NCBI GenBank assembly: GCA_009103225.1
Contig: RHPI01003389.1
Location: 787,162 to 851,161, forward strand
Length of the DNA stretch: 64,000 nucleotides
Direction of reading: 5' to 3'
Origin: Chlorokybus atmophyticus
Lineage: Eukaryota; Plantae; Mesostigma and Chlorokybus algae
The position numbers and the translations under genes were made by a program. A model generated the notes under the pieces. It did no database searches. It was not told the DNA's origin and saw only the letters and a list, made by a program, of their open reading frames with translations. Positions 30,901-44,400 of this stretch are shown one piece after another. How positions within the stretch are numbered: the stretch's first letter is position 1; each line of letters starts with the position of its first letter.

Positions 30901-33900
30901 GCACACGTCCAGCAGAGCGTTGCACACAACAACACCCCACCTCCCCCTACCCTGGTAAGAGATGTGTCAACCACAGCACAACAACCACGACAACAACCAC
31001 ACACAGCAAACAGCACTACACACCTCATCAAACGCGGCCAACGCAAAGTCCACGCCACCAGTAGCCTTGCACGCCGTCAACAATGCTGTCATCGCATAAT
31101 CGTCCGCAGCAAAACCCTCTGCTCGCATCTGCCTGTGTGAAGCGACCTGAGCGCGTGCATGTGCATGTGTGTACACATGTGTGTGCATACGCATGTACGT
31201 GCGCTTGTGCATGTGTACGTGTGTATGCAATCGCAAGCGCATGCGCATGTGCAGCATGTGAGTAAGCACATGTGTGCATATGCGCCTGTGTGCGCGTGTG
31301 TATGCCCATGGGCATGTGTATGCACATACGTGTGCGCGTGGCGTGGGTCTCTGGTAGTTCACACACGCACACAACGTACTTGTACGTGTCCACAACACGT
31401 TGAGGCACAGGCAGTCTCTGGTACGCTGTGAGCAGAGCGCTCCACTCGCCCGCGCTGCGAAGGCCGCCCGCATCACGCAGGTCTTGCACCACGCCATCAA
31501 CAAGCTCACCCTGTCGACGGCGTCATAGTGTCATTGCGTGAACATGTTGTGTCGTATGATTAGAACGCAGGTGCCTTACTGTAGAGTCTGCGTTGGCGCA
31601 GAGGACCAACAATGATGTGAGGGCGTGGTGCGAGATGGTTTGCACGCCCGACCGCTTGTGATGTTGCCATGTGTCGAGCGCCCACTTCACGTCAACAGCT
31701 GCACAGACGCGCGGATATTTACATATGTGCATGTGCGCACGTGTGTGTACATGTGTGCATGCGTGTGTGTGCACCGACAGACTCACACACACGCATGCGC
31801 ATGTGTGTAATTGTGTTCGCATTGGCAGTAAAACACACGGGCATATATGCATGCGGACACGCACACACGTGCACGAACAACTGTTGACGTCACAACCTTG
31901 ACAATACGTCGCCTGTCGCATTCCAACGACAGCATTACCTTGTGCTGCTGCAGTGTAGAGCGCCACGTACGTGCGTGCAGTGGGCACCATACCGCATTCC
32001 AACATCTCCGCAAAGAGGGCTTTGGCCTGGGTACTGACTCCATGAATTTGTGTTCTCCCTGCCAACGAGCAACAAACAAACGTGCGCTGCACCCGCTAAC
32101 CTGCTCGGATGCACCCGCCCGGCCCAGCGCCCCGAGCACAGTGTTGTACGTCACCACATCCGCAACCATCTGCATGGTTAATTGCATATGTGTGCATGTG
32201 CATGCGCGAGTGCGCACACGTGCGCGGGTATGTGTGTGGGTGTATGCATGCCTGTTCATTCGTGTGGCCATGCGTGTGCATTGCGTGCGCCTCTGTGTGT
32301 ATGTGTGTGTGCGCATTTGTTCAACGAGACAGTGCACACACTAACACTCATAAGCATAGCAAATCGTCTTTGTTGTACTTGGTACTCGCACGACAACAAG
32401 TACAACCATCGCACAACATCGCAAGCCTACCTCGGGCGCTTGCATCCGTCGAAATGTGTCCATGACATCCTCCGTCCTTCCCACCCTCGCATACGCCGTA
32501 ACGAGCGCGTTCCAGCACCCGATATCGCAACATCCCGCCTGTTGGGCTCGTGCAAACACGCTTTCGGCGGTGCTGACATCGCGCGCGCGGGCGGCCGCAG
32601 CCACGAGGGACGAATAAGCGGATCGGTCGGGTTTGAGATTGGGTTGTTGTTCGATCCAATTGAAGGCGCTTTGAGCTCCGGCCAAGTCACCCGCCTGATC
32701 ACGCGTATTTATGGCGCGTGAACACACACATACATAGGCTTGCGTGCATTGTTTGGACCATATTTGCCTAAATGTAGGGTTAAGCAGGGCTGTTGCTGTC
32801 TTATGCTTATTCTAAGCCTAGATACATGTATGCTTAAGCAGAATTTGAATGAATGAGCTTATATAGCCTGTTATGCTTATATGTATAGCCCTTGCTTGCC
32901 TGAGCTGCGGCAGATATCAACGCCGTCACCCGCTTCAACGCCACGCGCGCCGGCCACGTCGGCAACAAGGAGAGCAACCGCACACCCAAAGACACGTCAC
33001 CGTGTTGACCGCACAGCTTCAACACGTCCTGTGCGAGCACATACACATAAGCAACATTGACATACCATGCGACGCAAGCAACTGTCACTACTGCGCATGT
33101 GCAAGAAGAAAGAAGCTTCAGCACGTTCTGCGAGCACAAGAAAGCAGCATTGCCACAAGGTGCACACATGCGATGCAGCAAAACAGACACATAGCAAATG
33201 CCACTCTGCATGTCCCACCACAACAACAACATGCAGTGCACACGCAAGAAACGAACGAAAGAAAACAATCATCCGTTCAGCACACATGCAGACTTGTACG
33301 GTAACATAGATGGCAACGTCCCAACATAAGACAAAAGTTCAGAAGCTGGTATGGTCGTTGCACATAAATTGCCATTTGCAATGAGATAAGCAAACTGTAT
33401 GTAAGCGGGACGCAGCATACACGACACACACGCTTCATGACATGCAGAATGGTTTATGTGCTGGTTGGGAAGCTTGACTTGCATCCGGCTTGCCACTCAC
33501 TCTGTAGGGCAGAGAGAGTGGCAGTGAGCTGGCTCCGTGTGCAGCCACGTGGCGCTCCACCGCAGCTACGCAGTCCGCCGCCGCTCTCCTCCTCAACCCG
33601 GCCGACAGGGCGTCCGCAAGCTGATCGCTGGGAGAGACCTGCTGCTCCTGCTCCTGCTTCTGCTCCACCTCCTTCTCCACCGTCTTGGGCCTGACGGTGA
33701 TGGTGGCGGTGCGGCCTGGCCAGACCGGCCTGGCCACAGGCACAGCGGCAGCGGCGGCGGCAGGGGTGGGGCGGTGGACTTTGCCTCTCCTGAGCTGGTT
33801 CTCCTTCGCTTCACCCTGACGGCGACGCACAGGATGCAGCTGCGGCCGCCCTAGGGCCTCCCCGACCTGCACGCCGACGCCGACGCTGACCCCGACGCGG

Positions 33901-33926
33901 GCAGGCGCCACGTGGCGCAGCGCCAT
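27969..33926 (-). CDS. P-class pentatricopeptide repeat (PPR) protein, probably organelle-targeted, multi-exon
   Basis: ATG at 33926 with an Arg/Ala/Val-rich transit-like N-terminus (MALRHVAPARVG...). Tandem ~35-aa repeats include KPDRSAYSSLVAAAARARDVSTAESVFARAQ, DIGCWNALVTAYARVGRTEDVMDTFRRM, VADVVTYNTVLGALGRAG, DVLTYNTLIHACASA and DADVYQALIEVCCRAGRVKRALAVFADMQQAGVPAN. Last exon ends ...DDDTTAEGW* at 27969. Confidence 0.93.
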
Positions 33927-34611
33927 GCAGGCTGCCGACGAAGGCAATGCTGGCAGTCATGTACCAATGGTACATGCACTTGGGCCCTATGCTGCGCACG
34001 ATGACGAGTTTGCAAGGTCATGACCCTTTTCTGGCCATGTTGTTGCCCGTGTCATGAATCTTGTGCATTACCGTGATCCCCCCCCCCCCCCCCCTCCCCC
34101 CCGAGATTGGGGACGGGGGGCTTGGTTTGTGGGCCCCCCCCCGTTTTACGGGCAATTCACATCTCTAGCACAACACCCCCATTGAAATTACGGGGGGGGG
34201 GCGCGTTGTTTGTAGGGGGGTATTAGATGGAATACGGTACACTAAGGCGTAGTAAGAGTCGAATCCAAAATGCAAAAAACCCAGCTCCACCTATACGGAG
34301 TAGCTCAGATTAAATCCAACTTGCTGATCTACAAATGTGAAGCCTTTAAGTAGCCAAGTTGATGATTTTCACCTTGGGAGGGGGGGAGGAGTCAACTTTC
34401 ATGACATCAATGGTATGAAATTTATAACGTGTATAATCTAAGCTTTTGCTCACATTTTGAATTGTATTGCGTATCGGCATTTGCCGCTGTAAGACGGTAT
34501 ACGAATTGATGTATATGATATGATGTGCTTCAAATTGAAGAGCAGGTACAAGAGCAGAGCGGCAGCTGTTGATGGGCATTATATGTTTCACGTGTGCTAA
34601 TAGTCCTACTA

Positions 34612-34889
34612 CTTGTGCGTAGGGCGCCTGGCCAGTACTCGTTGAAGGGGCTCTCCCCCTCATTGTATGGAAAAGGNNNNNNNNNNNNNNNNNNNNNNNN
34701 NNGGGGGAGGGGGCCGTGTGTGTGCATGGTGCTAAGATGTGTAGCGAGGCCTGTGGTCACCCTCTTCATCCTTGATGCTGAGCTGCAACTTCCTCCGCAT
34801 GGTACTGCACCTTGGTGCTTCCACTGTAAGTCATTTGGGTAATAAATGAGTGTGCCAAGCCGACTAGCAAGTGAGCGAGCAATTCTACA
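34612..34889 (+). mobile_element. Diverged solo-LTR fragment related to the LTR of the nested Gypsy element at 54516-54807
   Basis: Collinear shared blocks: cttgtgcgt(a/g)ggg(c/t)gcct, gtt(g/c)aaggggctctccc, gtag(c/a)gagg...ctgcacc, gccaagccg..agcaagt.ag. Ends in ...ACA. Contains a short N gap. Confidence 0.7.
34677..34702. other. Assembly gap (N run)
   Basis: Run of N flanked by purine/G-rich sequence. Confidence 0.99.
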
Positions 34890-35911
34890 ATGAACGCATC
34901 ACACTATGTTATTGATTAAACGCACATACTTTGCTAGACGTGTATGAGTACGCGTATGAGTTATGCCGGTACTTTTACATACGCTACAGTCAAACACGTA
35001 TACACATATAATTTTACTTACCTTCAAAGATCCATTAATGCATGGCAAGCTTCAGTGTAGTACATAAATAAAGTTAAGAATGTGACGATGATGTGCAGAC
35101 ATGATTATGTTGACACCCCAAAACATGTTATAAAGATGAGAGTGTTGTTTTTATGTTCAACACGAGACCAGCGTTCCATTTCACTTGAAGGTATCAAATT
35201 ACATTATGAACTTTGTTGTAACCTCGCTTTGGCAATTGGCCATGGTCGCACGCTCTTAATGTCTAGACATTGGGGATTGCCTAGTGGGCTTGGATGCGTC
35301 ATATGCAATAAACTTGCAATAAACTTGCTTGCACGTGTTCAAGAGTCAGTATGCTAGATTGTGTGTTATATCAACAGGTTCGTGTTGTATCGCTTGTACC
35401 AAAGTTCACCATGCGAGAGCCCATACAAGCCCATCTGACCGCTGTTGGTTGTAACCAACTTGGTACACTTAATATAAATGCCTTGCTTCTTGTGCGTAGG
35501 TATGCCTACCTGCGCTCTGCATAACAAGTTCAAAAATTGCAATGCCACTATCTCACTCGCTCCTTCAACAACGTAAGTTGTCTTGCATGAACGCAGCCTG
35601 CTAACTCTTCATGGCAAGCAATAACAAAGACAGCCAAGTGAACTCAGATGATTTGCAACGAAACACTGCGACTGCTAGACGCAGGCTCTCTGCAGCAGTA
35701 CAGCAAAAGTAGTGACCAACATCTAGAGCTAAAAAACTATCAACTACAGCACGCATCCATTCTTACATGCTCTACACTAACAAACAAGTAGCTTCTACAC
35801 AGCATACCCCCTCAAAAGCAAACAGCTGCAACTGCCAATCTGGCATGAAACAATGAATGAGTACAGTAGTGTCTTAGATTGGTATACAAAACACGCACAT
35901 GGTCACCTCAA

Positions 35912-38188
35912 CTACGGTTGCAAAGCACCCACAAACTCGTTGGGTTTGCGAGCCTCAATGCCCGCCTGCAGAAGATACTCCTTGAGCGCCTTGCGATGTG
36001 GCGCTTTGAAACTCCTGCCCAAGCCAACACAAGAATCTCAACAACAATTCAGAATGTTTTCAATCAGCTGAGCACAAACAAGAGAATGGAGAACATCATA
36101 CTTTTCGTCAACATGCGCCACCACTTGTCCACTAGGAAAAGCGAACTTCGTGGCTTCATACACCTCCAACACTGTTCTGTGCCAGTCGGGATCGTTGCCT
36201 TCACTGTCCTTGTCAAATGCAATGGCATATGCAGGCAGCAGGTGTCCTACCCACACGCCCTCTTTCCTGCACATGTTATGACAGTGTAAGACTTCACGCA
36301 TCAGTGCAGATACTGTGAACCGTGTGTCATCTTACTTGGCTACATCTTGGTGGCGAGGCGCATAGTGGCCTCCGCCTAAACCCAGCAAGACTTGCGTGTT
36401 CCCTGCTGCTGGGCCTCCTGACCTGCAAGAGAAGTGCTTGGAACTGTTTAGTCAAGACTGAGTGGCCACTGTGACCACATGGAGATTTGTGCCCTTACCT
36501 GAACCAGTCTCCGTGTGCGGGTTGGCCGTCTAGACCAAGACCTCTCCAAACCAACTGCCACATGCAAACCTCGGTAGGCGCTTTGCTGCAATGCCATAAA
36601 GCAAGGCTGGCAAAGAGTTGACTGAAGCTTACGTCAGCAATGGCTTCCGCTGCATCCTCCCTTCCCCAGTAATCTTCTGTGCTCCCTGCCAATGCAGTAG
36701 AGTTGGGAACAATACCAAATGCGCCTATTAAGTTGTTGCTGCATTGCGCAGCTAGACATATACTTACCAATCTCCACAAACATTGATGGTGACTCTAGGT
36801 GAGGCCCATGATGCGTGGCTTCGAAGGTGACCTGCAAGCAGTGTGTTTGGCAATGCAGTAAAGCAGTACAATCACAGTGGCTGCACGAAAGCAACCCTTA
36901 CCTCAAACTCAGGTGTAAGCTTGCGTTCCTCTGCAATGCTCTTCAGCAACCGCAACCATGCACCTAACCTCGGTGAAGGCGGCACTGCTCGCCCCGCTTT
37001 GCCTCCTGCAAGCACCTCATCGCCGGGGCGCAAGTGCGGGACGCCTAATATGTTAGATTCAGCGGATACCCAGACTGTGCAGCAACAGTCATATGGCAAA
37101 CATAATGACATCACTTTGTATGTATATGTACCTATAGGGTGGAGTGTGAGGGCAGGTGTGCCTGATGAAGCCACATGCCTGCACGCAACAAGATGCTGAA
37201 GAGTTAGGCAACTGTCCAGCTGGTATAATGAAGATACACAGAGTCAAGCTGGCAACAGACCTACTTAGGAAAATGGCTTCTTGCACGCTTTCGCCTGTAG
37301 CGTCCTTCCACCTCTCGTCCAGATGGTCCTCGTCAAGTGTTCGCTTGGAAAGCTGCCATAGTCGAGTGGAGGCTAATCGCCAAGTTGGGTTGCCCTATGT
37401 TAACGATGAACCTTGATTACAAGCGGGTTGGCTAAGGAGGAACAAAGACAAACAATTCAAAACTCTGATGGACTTTACAAAGCAAATGGGTAGGTTGTAA
37501 CTGACCTCAACAGGCGCACCCTCATTCCACAAGCCTCTGGCCAGCAGCTTCCGGGCCGGATTGATGGATGCAACATCTGCTGTTGTTGCTATGATCAGCG
37601 TCACGCCTGGATCTGTTTGCTGACAGAAGCAGGGGAGGAAGGACGATATATTGAGCAACAGTGATCGTTACTTGTACCTACGCATGCGATCATAACAGCA
37701 TGAATGCATGATCAGACGTTGACTCAGGAGCAGCTGGGAGAAGGTTGCATCTAGCTAAGAGAATGCGTCATCTACCCTACATATGCACTTGGCATGCAGG
37801 ACACGCAGACATTGTCCATGCCACTGCGTGTTGCACTCACTATGTGTTGCAAGTGGTCCACAAGATGCAAGCCTGCATTGCAAATCGTGGAGTGAAAACG
37901 AAAGCCACAGTTGGTACACGCCACAGAAACAGCATGCATCTTTGGCGTTAGAAGGGTTGGCTGCATTGGTGTGGAGTTTTACAGCAAACCGCGACTGTTG
38001 AGTGTGAAGGCAATCACCGTGTGAACGTGATCTCCGCTCACCATAGCAGCAACAGTCGCCATGCCGCTGTGACGGTATCTGCGTATTGGAGTGAGAATCG
38101 CACCGACACCGTAGCAGCGTCGGCGGCAGCGGCAGCCAGCGCGTCCCAGCAGGATCGCTGCCGCCGCCGACGACACCGCCACCGCCAT
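35912..38188 (-). CDS. GEK1: D-aminoacyl-tRNA deacylase 2 (archaeal-type DTD2; plant GEK1), multi-exon
   Basis: Collinear with recalled Arabidopsis GEK1: VTLIIATTADVASINPA, DERWKDATGESVQEAIFLSRH, PALTLHPIG, PRLGAWLRLLK, VTFEATHHGP, MFVEIGSTEDYW, VWVGHLL, YEATKFAFPSGQVVAHVDEKSFK and KPNEF. Stop TAG at 35912-35914. Predicted exon 1 (38188-38042) encodes a transit-like extension spliced in phase 0 to 37619. Confidence 0.95.
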
Positions 38189-38410
38189 CCACGACAACCA
38201 CAACGCCACAGATAAACAAGTTGGTGACCAATCCTAACCCTAATTCACACAAGCAATGCGCACTGCTTGTGCAGCACAAGCAGTGCTTCGCACAAAAAAG
38301 CCCCGCCTTTTGTAAATTCAAACCCTTAACGGCACTGCCGGCAAGCAGCAGCGGCGGTGGTGGCGGCGGTGGCGGTGGAGGTGGGGTCGGTCCAGCTGGA
38401 TCCGTCCCGC
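38189..38410. promoter_or_regulatory. Very compact bidirectional promoter (GEK1 / kinesin-12) with telo-box
   Basis: Only 222 bp separate the divergent ATGs (38188 on -, 38411 on +). AACCCTAA lies at 38236-38243. Confidence 0.6.
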
Positions 38411-41400
38411 ATGGAGGAGTTGCCGTCGTCGCCTGATGATGGCAGCAACGTGCGGGTGCTGGTGCGGCTACGGCCGCAGCCACCCGCTGCTCTGACGGGC
38501 GCAGCTCACCACGCCAAGGCGGTGGCTGTGGACACAGCTGGCAACAGGGTGCTTGTCACCGGCAAGGATGGCGCCGTCAAGACTTTTACCTTCGACGCCG
38601 TCGCTGATGACAATGTCTCTCAGGTGAGTACAACAGACCAGGTACGCTTGCTATCATCATGTGTTGAGCTTACGTTGTGTTGACTTGATGGCGTCCAGGC
38701 CAAGATGTTTGAGCTTGCGGGGCAATCTGCAGCTGACTCCTGCTTGCAAGGATACAACTGCTGCTTGTTTGCTTACGGGCAGACTGGTGCAGGCAAGACT
38801 TTCACTATGGAGGGTAAGCGTTAATGCGATCAAAGCTTGCAGTTGACTTCAGCTTTCAATCGACGCTTCCTAGATGACTATCTTCGTGCATGTATGCATG
38901 CATATGTGTGCGTGTGCGCACCCACACACGCATTGATATACATGCGCTCACACGCCCCCCNNNNNNNNNNNNNNNNNNNNNNNNNNNNNNNNNNNNNNNN
39001 NNNNNNNNNNNNNNNNNNNNNNNNNNNNNNNNNNNNNNNNNNNNNNNNNNNNNNNNNNNNNNNNNNNNNNNNNNNNNNNNNNNNNNNNNNNNNNNNNNNN
39101 NNNNNNNNNNNNNNNNNNNNNNNNNNNNNNNNNNNNNNNNNNNNNNNNNNNNNNNNNNNNNNNNNNNNNNNNNNNNNNNNNNNNNNNNNNNNNNNNNNNN
39201 NNNNNNNNNNNNNNNNNNNNNNNNNNNNNNNNNNNNNNNNNNNNNNNNNNNNNNNNNNNNNNNNNNNNNNNNNNNNNNNNNNNNNNNNNNNNNNNNNNNN
39301 NNNNNNCCCCGCTCATTCTATGTGTGCGCGTGCGTAAGTGGGCGTGTAAGTATGTACATGCTAGCTTACGTGTGTACAAGCATGTGTGCGCGTGCGCTAA
39401 GAGTTACGCCGCATCGCAGGTCCAGAGTCCACTTGGGACAATGAGGCGGTGGCAAAAGAGGGTGAAAGGGCGCTCGCAACCACCAGTCACGGGTTGATAC
39501 CGCGGGCGCTGGCGTACCTATTCACCCGCATACAACACGAGATATCACAGGTGAGAGATCTTACTTGTATGCTGGCCGCCATGTTGTTGTGTCAACACCT
39601 GCTACCAGCTGTTAATCTCGACCTTGTTGAACGTGTGCATGCAGACCAAAAGCGAGCTGAAGTACACGTGCTATGTGTCGTCGCTGCAATTTTATATGGA
39701 GGACCTTCACGACCTTTTGCAACCAGAGAACACCAACATAAGTGCGTCTGGACCTTGCCTTGTTGGTTGTGATTGTATCATGTGAGTTGTTGAGTGTTTG
39801 CGTTGTTCAACAGAGCTTAGAGAGGACAGGCACCAGCGTGTGCACATCGATGGCGTGAGCGAACTTGTTGTGAGCACAGCCGAGGCGGCCTATGCAGCAT
39901 TTCGCACAAGTAAGGCTGCTTGTACACACACATGTACGCACACATACGCAGATCACGAATAAAAGTGAGAGTAGAACTGAAAATGTATGCGCAGGTACGG
40001 CGAATAGGAAAGTGGGTTCTACAGACATGAATGCCGAGAGCAGTCGCAGCCACTCAGTGTTCACTTTGAAGCTGGAGTCCGAGATGACCGGTGCGAACGG
40101 CGTCACCAAGAAGCGCGCATCGCGGTTCCATTTCGTGGACCTTGCGGGGTCCGAGCAGCAGAAGCACAGCCACGCGCAGGGACACCTGCTCAGGGAAGCG
40201 GGGAAGATTAACAAGTCGCTCTCGGCACTCGGCAACGTGATCAAAGTAAGTAGTCACAACGCAAGTTGGCTGTGATGCAACAACAACAACAACGACAACA
40301 ACGACATTCTCACAACGTGCGTGGCACAGGCTCTAGTGGACAATGCACAAGGGAAGGACCGTCACGTGCCTTACAGAGACTCAAAGTTGACCCACATGTT
40401 GAAGGTGAGCTTTGCCACGTGTTGGGTCACATCGCACGTGCATGGAAGATCTCTCTCTTGCACATATGCTGATCTTGTCGTGTCGGTTGAAGGACTCTCT
40501 GGGCGGGAACTCCAAGTGCGTAATCGTGGCCAACATCGCCCCGGCTGCGCTGTACCTGGAGGAGACAATCAGCACACTGAAGTTCGCGCAGCGTGCCAAG
40601 GAGATGAAGAACGAAGCGGTTGTCAATGAGGACACGTTCGGCTCCGTACAAGCAATGGCGCTACAGATACGCCATCTCAACCTTGAACTCGCTGCCCTGA
40701 AACAAGGTTAGGAGTGTATTTGAAGCATATGTTGAGTCGATTACATTGCGTTCATGTTGTTTGTTGACAAAGTTGTTTTGTGTACACAGCATCCTCAGGA
40801 CCAGTTTCAACTACAGGCACCGGCCAAGCAGCGGGTATGTTGGGTTGTTGTGTCGGTGTTGTTTGGGATGTGACTATGTGTTCATGATTGACCCATACAT
40901 TCTGTTCAACAGAGGTTGTGGAGTTGAGAAGGAGAGTGGCAGCACTGCAGACGGCCCTCGTGAAGGTGACGAGCGAGAGTGACAGCGCAGAGAGGCGTGC
41001 TGTCAACGAGGCAAGACGCCTCACCGACCACGTGCAGGCTCTCGAGGAGAAGTGCTATCGCCTCGATCAAGCTCAGCAAGTACGCGAACTCATCACAAGC
41101 TTAATAACGATGTCATGCCTGATTGACTTACGTGTGGCGTGTGCAGGCGCAGAAGATGATACTCAAGTTCCGCGACAACATGATACGCAAGTTGGAGAGA
41201 GACAAGGAGAATGTCAATGGCAACGTGGATGCTGGTAGCAGAGATGCGCAGATAGCTGCCCTCCAGGCAGAGATATTGCAGCTGAGGAAGCAAGTTGAGT
41301 TTCATCCCGACATTGTGCAGTACAAAATGGACAACGACAGCCTCAAAGGTGAGCAGTGTTTGATGCAACACACCCAGCGATATGCAACGCACGGGCACGC

Positions 41401-44400
41401 ACACATATGAGATGCGTGTGTGTGTGTTGGGCAGAAAAAGCGCAGCAGCGTGAAGAGCAGCTCAGGTCCTACACTGAGGTGGCTTCCGAGCGCAAGCAAA
41501 TGCAGGATGCGCTCAGAGCACTCCAGATGGAAGTGAGCATTGCTCTGGAGGAGAAACTGGCTGCCACTGAGAAGGCTGTCACCTTGACTCAAACGGTAAG
41601 CATTGCGTGTGTGTATCACATTGCGCGTGTGCGTGTGCTGCGGGTTAAGAACTGGACCCTGTTAGATACAAGAGATGGACGAGAGGTGTCACAAGGCTGA
41701 GCATGAGAGAGAACAGGTGCATGTCTTGCCTTTGGGTAGTCTCGTATGCTAATGCTGTTGTTATCCTGAACTTATCCATGCACACCAGCTGGCTTTGAAG
41801 CTTGAAAGCGTGCGAGGCCAATTGCGCGAGACAACGGCAAAGAAAGCGAGCTTGCAGGTTGCGTTTGACAACCAGGTTGCACTTCAGGTATAAAAGTCGC
41901 TTTGACATTGTGTTGTTGATGACTATCAATATTATGATAGCGTGTGCATGCGTCGTATTGCAACAATGGCTGGCACGTTCACAGGAGGAAATGCTGGTCA
42001 ACCTGGAGCAGGAGATATCTGAAAAGCTGCAGGTGCTAGTTAATGCTTAACTCTGACTCTGCATGAGTTTTAAAAGCACCCATTATAAAGCTCCTTTGTC
42101 TCTGCCTTCACACAGGTGACTGCTGAGTTTAAGTCTGTCGCTGCAATTGCCAACATGGTCCCGACCCTTGAATCCAACTTGCAGGTCAGCTTATTGTGCT
42201 GAACAACACCACAACAAGTTCAGCACAACAACAGCAGACCAACTCATGCTCTTCAGGTTGCCTTGAAGGAGAAAGCGACGCTCGAAGAAGACAGCCACAC
42301 TCTGCGAGACCACATCGACAGTTTAAGCCACGAATGCGAGACATTGCAAAGTGATCTTGTTCACGTCACGGTTGATGGCATCATCCGTCGTGTGGTGGAT
42401 GCTGAAGAACACACCAACTATGCTCACGAGTCACGTGTGATGCTTGTTTACGAAAGATGGAGCAACGACGAATTGCAGCTGTACTGCTTAAAGCTGTCTA
42501 GTGAGTAACCAGCTGTTCAGTTGCTGTGTCTCTGTGCATGCATGAGTATATGGTGTGTGTGGTATGTTGATGACGTGCACGTGCAGGTGAGATGGAAAGC
42601 GTGCGCAACAATGCAGCGGCCTCTGCCAACATTGTTGATAGAGTCATGGTGCAATGTTCGTGTCTTGAAGCCGACAACATGGAGATGATGGACGAGCTTG
42701 CGCGTGTCAAGCTCACTGCCAACACCCTTGGAGATGATATTGAGGTCTCTGAACTGCAGCAGTACCAGCAGTGACTGTGCAAGAAATGGTTATGTTGGCA
42801 TGTTGGGAGGTGGGGATGCTCATGCACGAGTATGTTCTCAGATGCTGGAGGATGCTTTGGCCAAAGCAACGGAGGACAGGCGCAGCGTGGAGGAAGACAA
42901 GCGTGCGATCAACGCCTACATCCTGGAACTGGAGAGCGACAAGGTGCTGCGTGAAGCCAAGCTGGCGTCTGTGGTGGCGGACCTCGCCACAGCAAGGACC
43001 CAACTAGATGCTGTGGTAAGTGTCTTTGCCTGGTCAATGCACGACAATGATAATGACGATAATGAGGATGAGGCTGAGGATGGTAATAACTTTACAGTTG
43101 CAGCTGGACACACGCATGCATGCACGCACGCACGCACGCACGTGCACACCTACACCCACCCACCCACCCAACCACACACGCACACGCAGGAGGAGGAGCT
43201 CGAGGGCGAGCGTGAGTGCCGTGAGGAGTCTGAGGCCCGCGCCTCCAATCTCCTCGAGGAGCTTCAGGAGCGCGACGCCGAGGCCAGCGAGCTCGAGTCC
43301 GCACTCGACCACGAGAAGCATGGTCATCAAAGCACCGTGCAGGCCCTCGAGCATGCTGTTGATCAAGTTGTTGCTTTGGAAGCGGGTGTGGAGGAGTTGA
43401 GGGAGAGGTTGGGAGAGAAGGAGAGGAGAGTTGGGGAAGGGGAGAGGAGAGTTGTGGACATGGGACGTGAAGTGGAAAAGTTGAGAGGGGAGGGAGAAGT
43501 GTGTAAGGATGCGCTCGAGAAGGCGAGAGTGCAGCTGGCAGGCGCTTTTGCAGGCATTGCTGGCACGAGTTTGAGGGTACGTGTGCGTGTGTGTAGTTAA
43601 CCAAGTGCTCCGTCTAGTTGAGCTTGCTAAGCTCGCTGTTTTTTTTCCTTAGGTTAAGTTGTTGCAACAAGAGGTTGTGTTGAAGGACAAGCAGTTGAGA
43701 CACGCCGCTGAGAATGTGCACACTGCGTATGACCAGCTGCTGGAGCTGTCCACGCACATTGACGCCTTGATAGATGGCAAGGAGAGGGAGCTCGCGCATC
43801 TGCGGCAAAATTGCATGGTGCGTTGTCAACATTGACCGATTATCACGTCATGTGTGTTGCTCATGCATCACATGTTGTGCAGGCGAAGGACCGTGAACAT
43901 AGCACGATTGTAGAGGTCATGCGCGAACAAGCGCATAATGAGGTTGGTAAGATATCCAGAACAATGAAAGAAACTGTTGAGCAATTGATGGCGAGGCTGG
44001 ATGAAGTTGGCGCAGAGAAGGATGTCTTAACGATGACTTTGCAGGTATGTGGTACTATGCTGCATAGTCCATGCAGCATGCATCTGATGAGCTTGACACT
44101 GTTGCGTGCACGCAGGAAGCACAGAGTCAGCAGGACAATATTGCATCAGATGCATCCGCTCGCGTTGAAAGCTTACAGATGCAGTTGAACATTGCGCACG
44201 CCGACAATGAAGTTATGCAAGTCTCACATCATGCTGCCTTGGAGGAGCAAAAGGCGAAGTTTAAGCAGCTGGAAGAGGATTGCAAGGAGCTTGAGGTAGT
44301 GTCAAAGGACTTGTTGACGCAGCGAGATGCACTAACAAAGCACTTGGAGCGCGCGCATGCGATGAGGGTACCGGTTGAGAGGGAACTGGAAGAATCACAT

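Noticed and set aside
13500-33300. Dozens of ORFs rich in HT/CV/RA dipeptides in the ORF track
   Set aside because: They are translations of intronic (CA/TG/CG)n microsatellites lying between recognisable exons, not genes.
27969-33926. Naming the PPR gene MRL1 or another specific PPR
   Set aside because: The repeats are generic and no diagnostic C-terminal domain was recognised.
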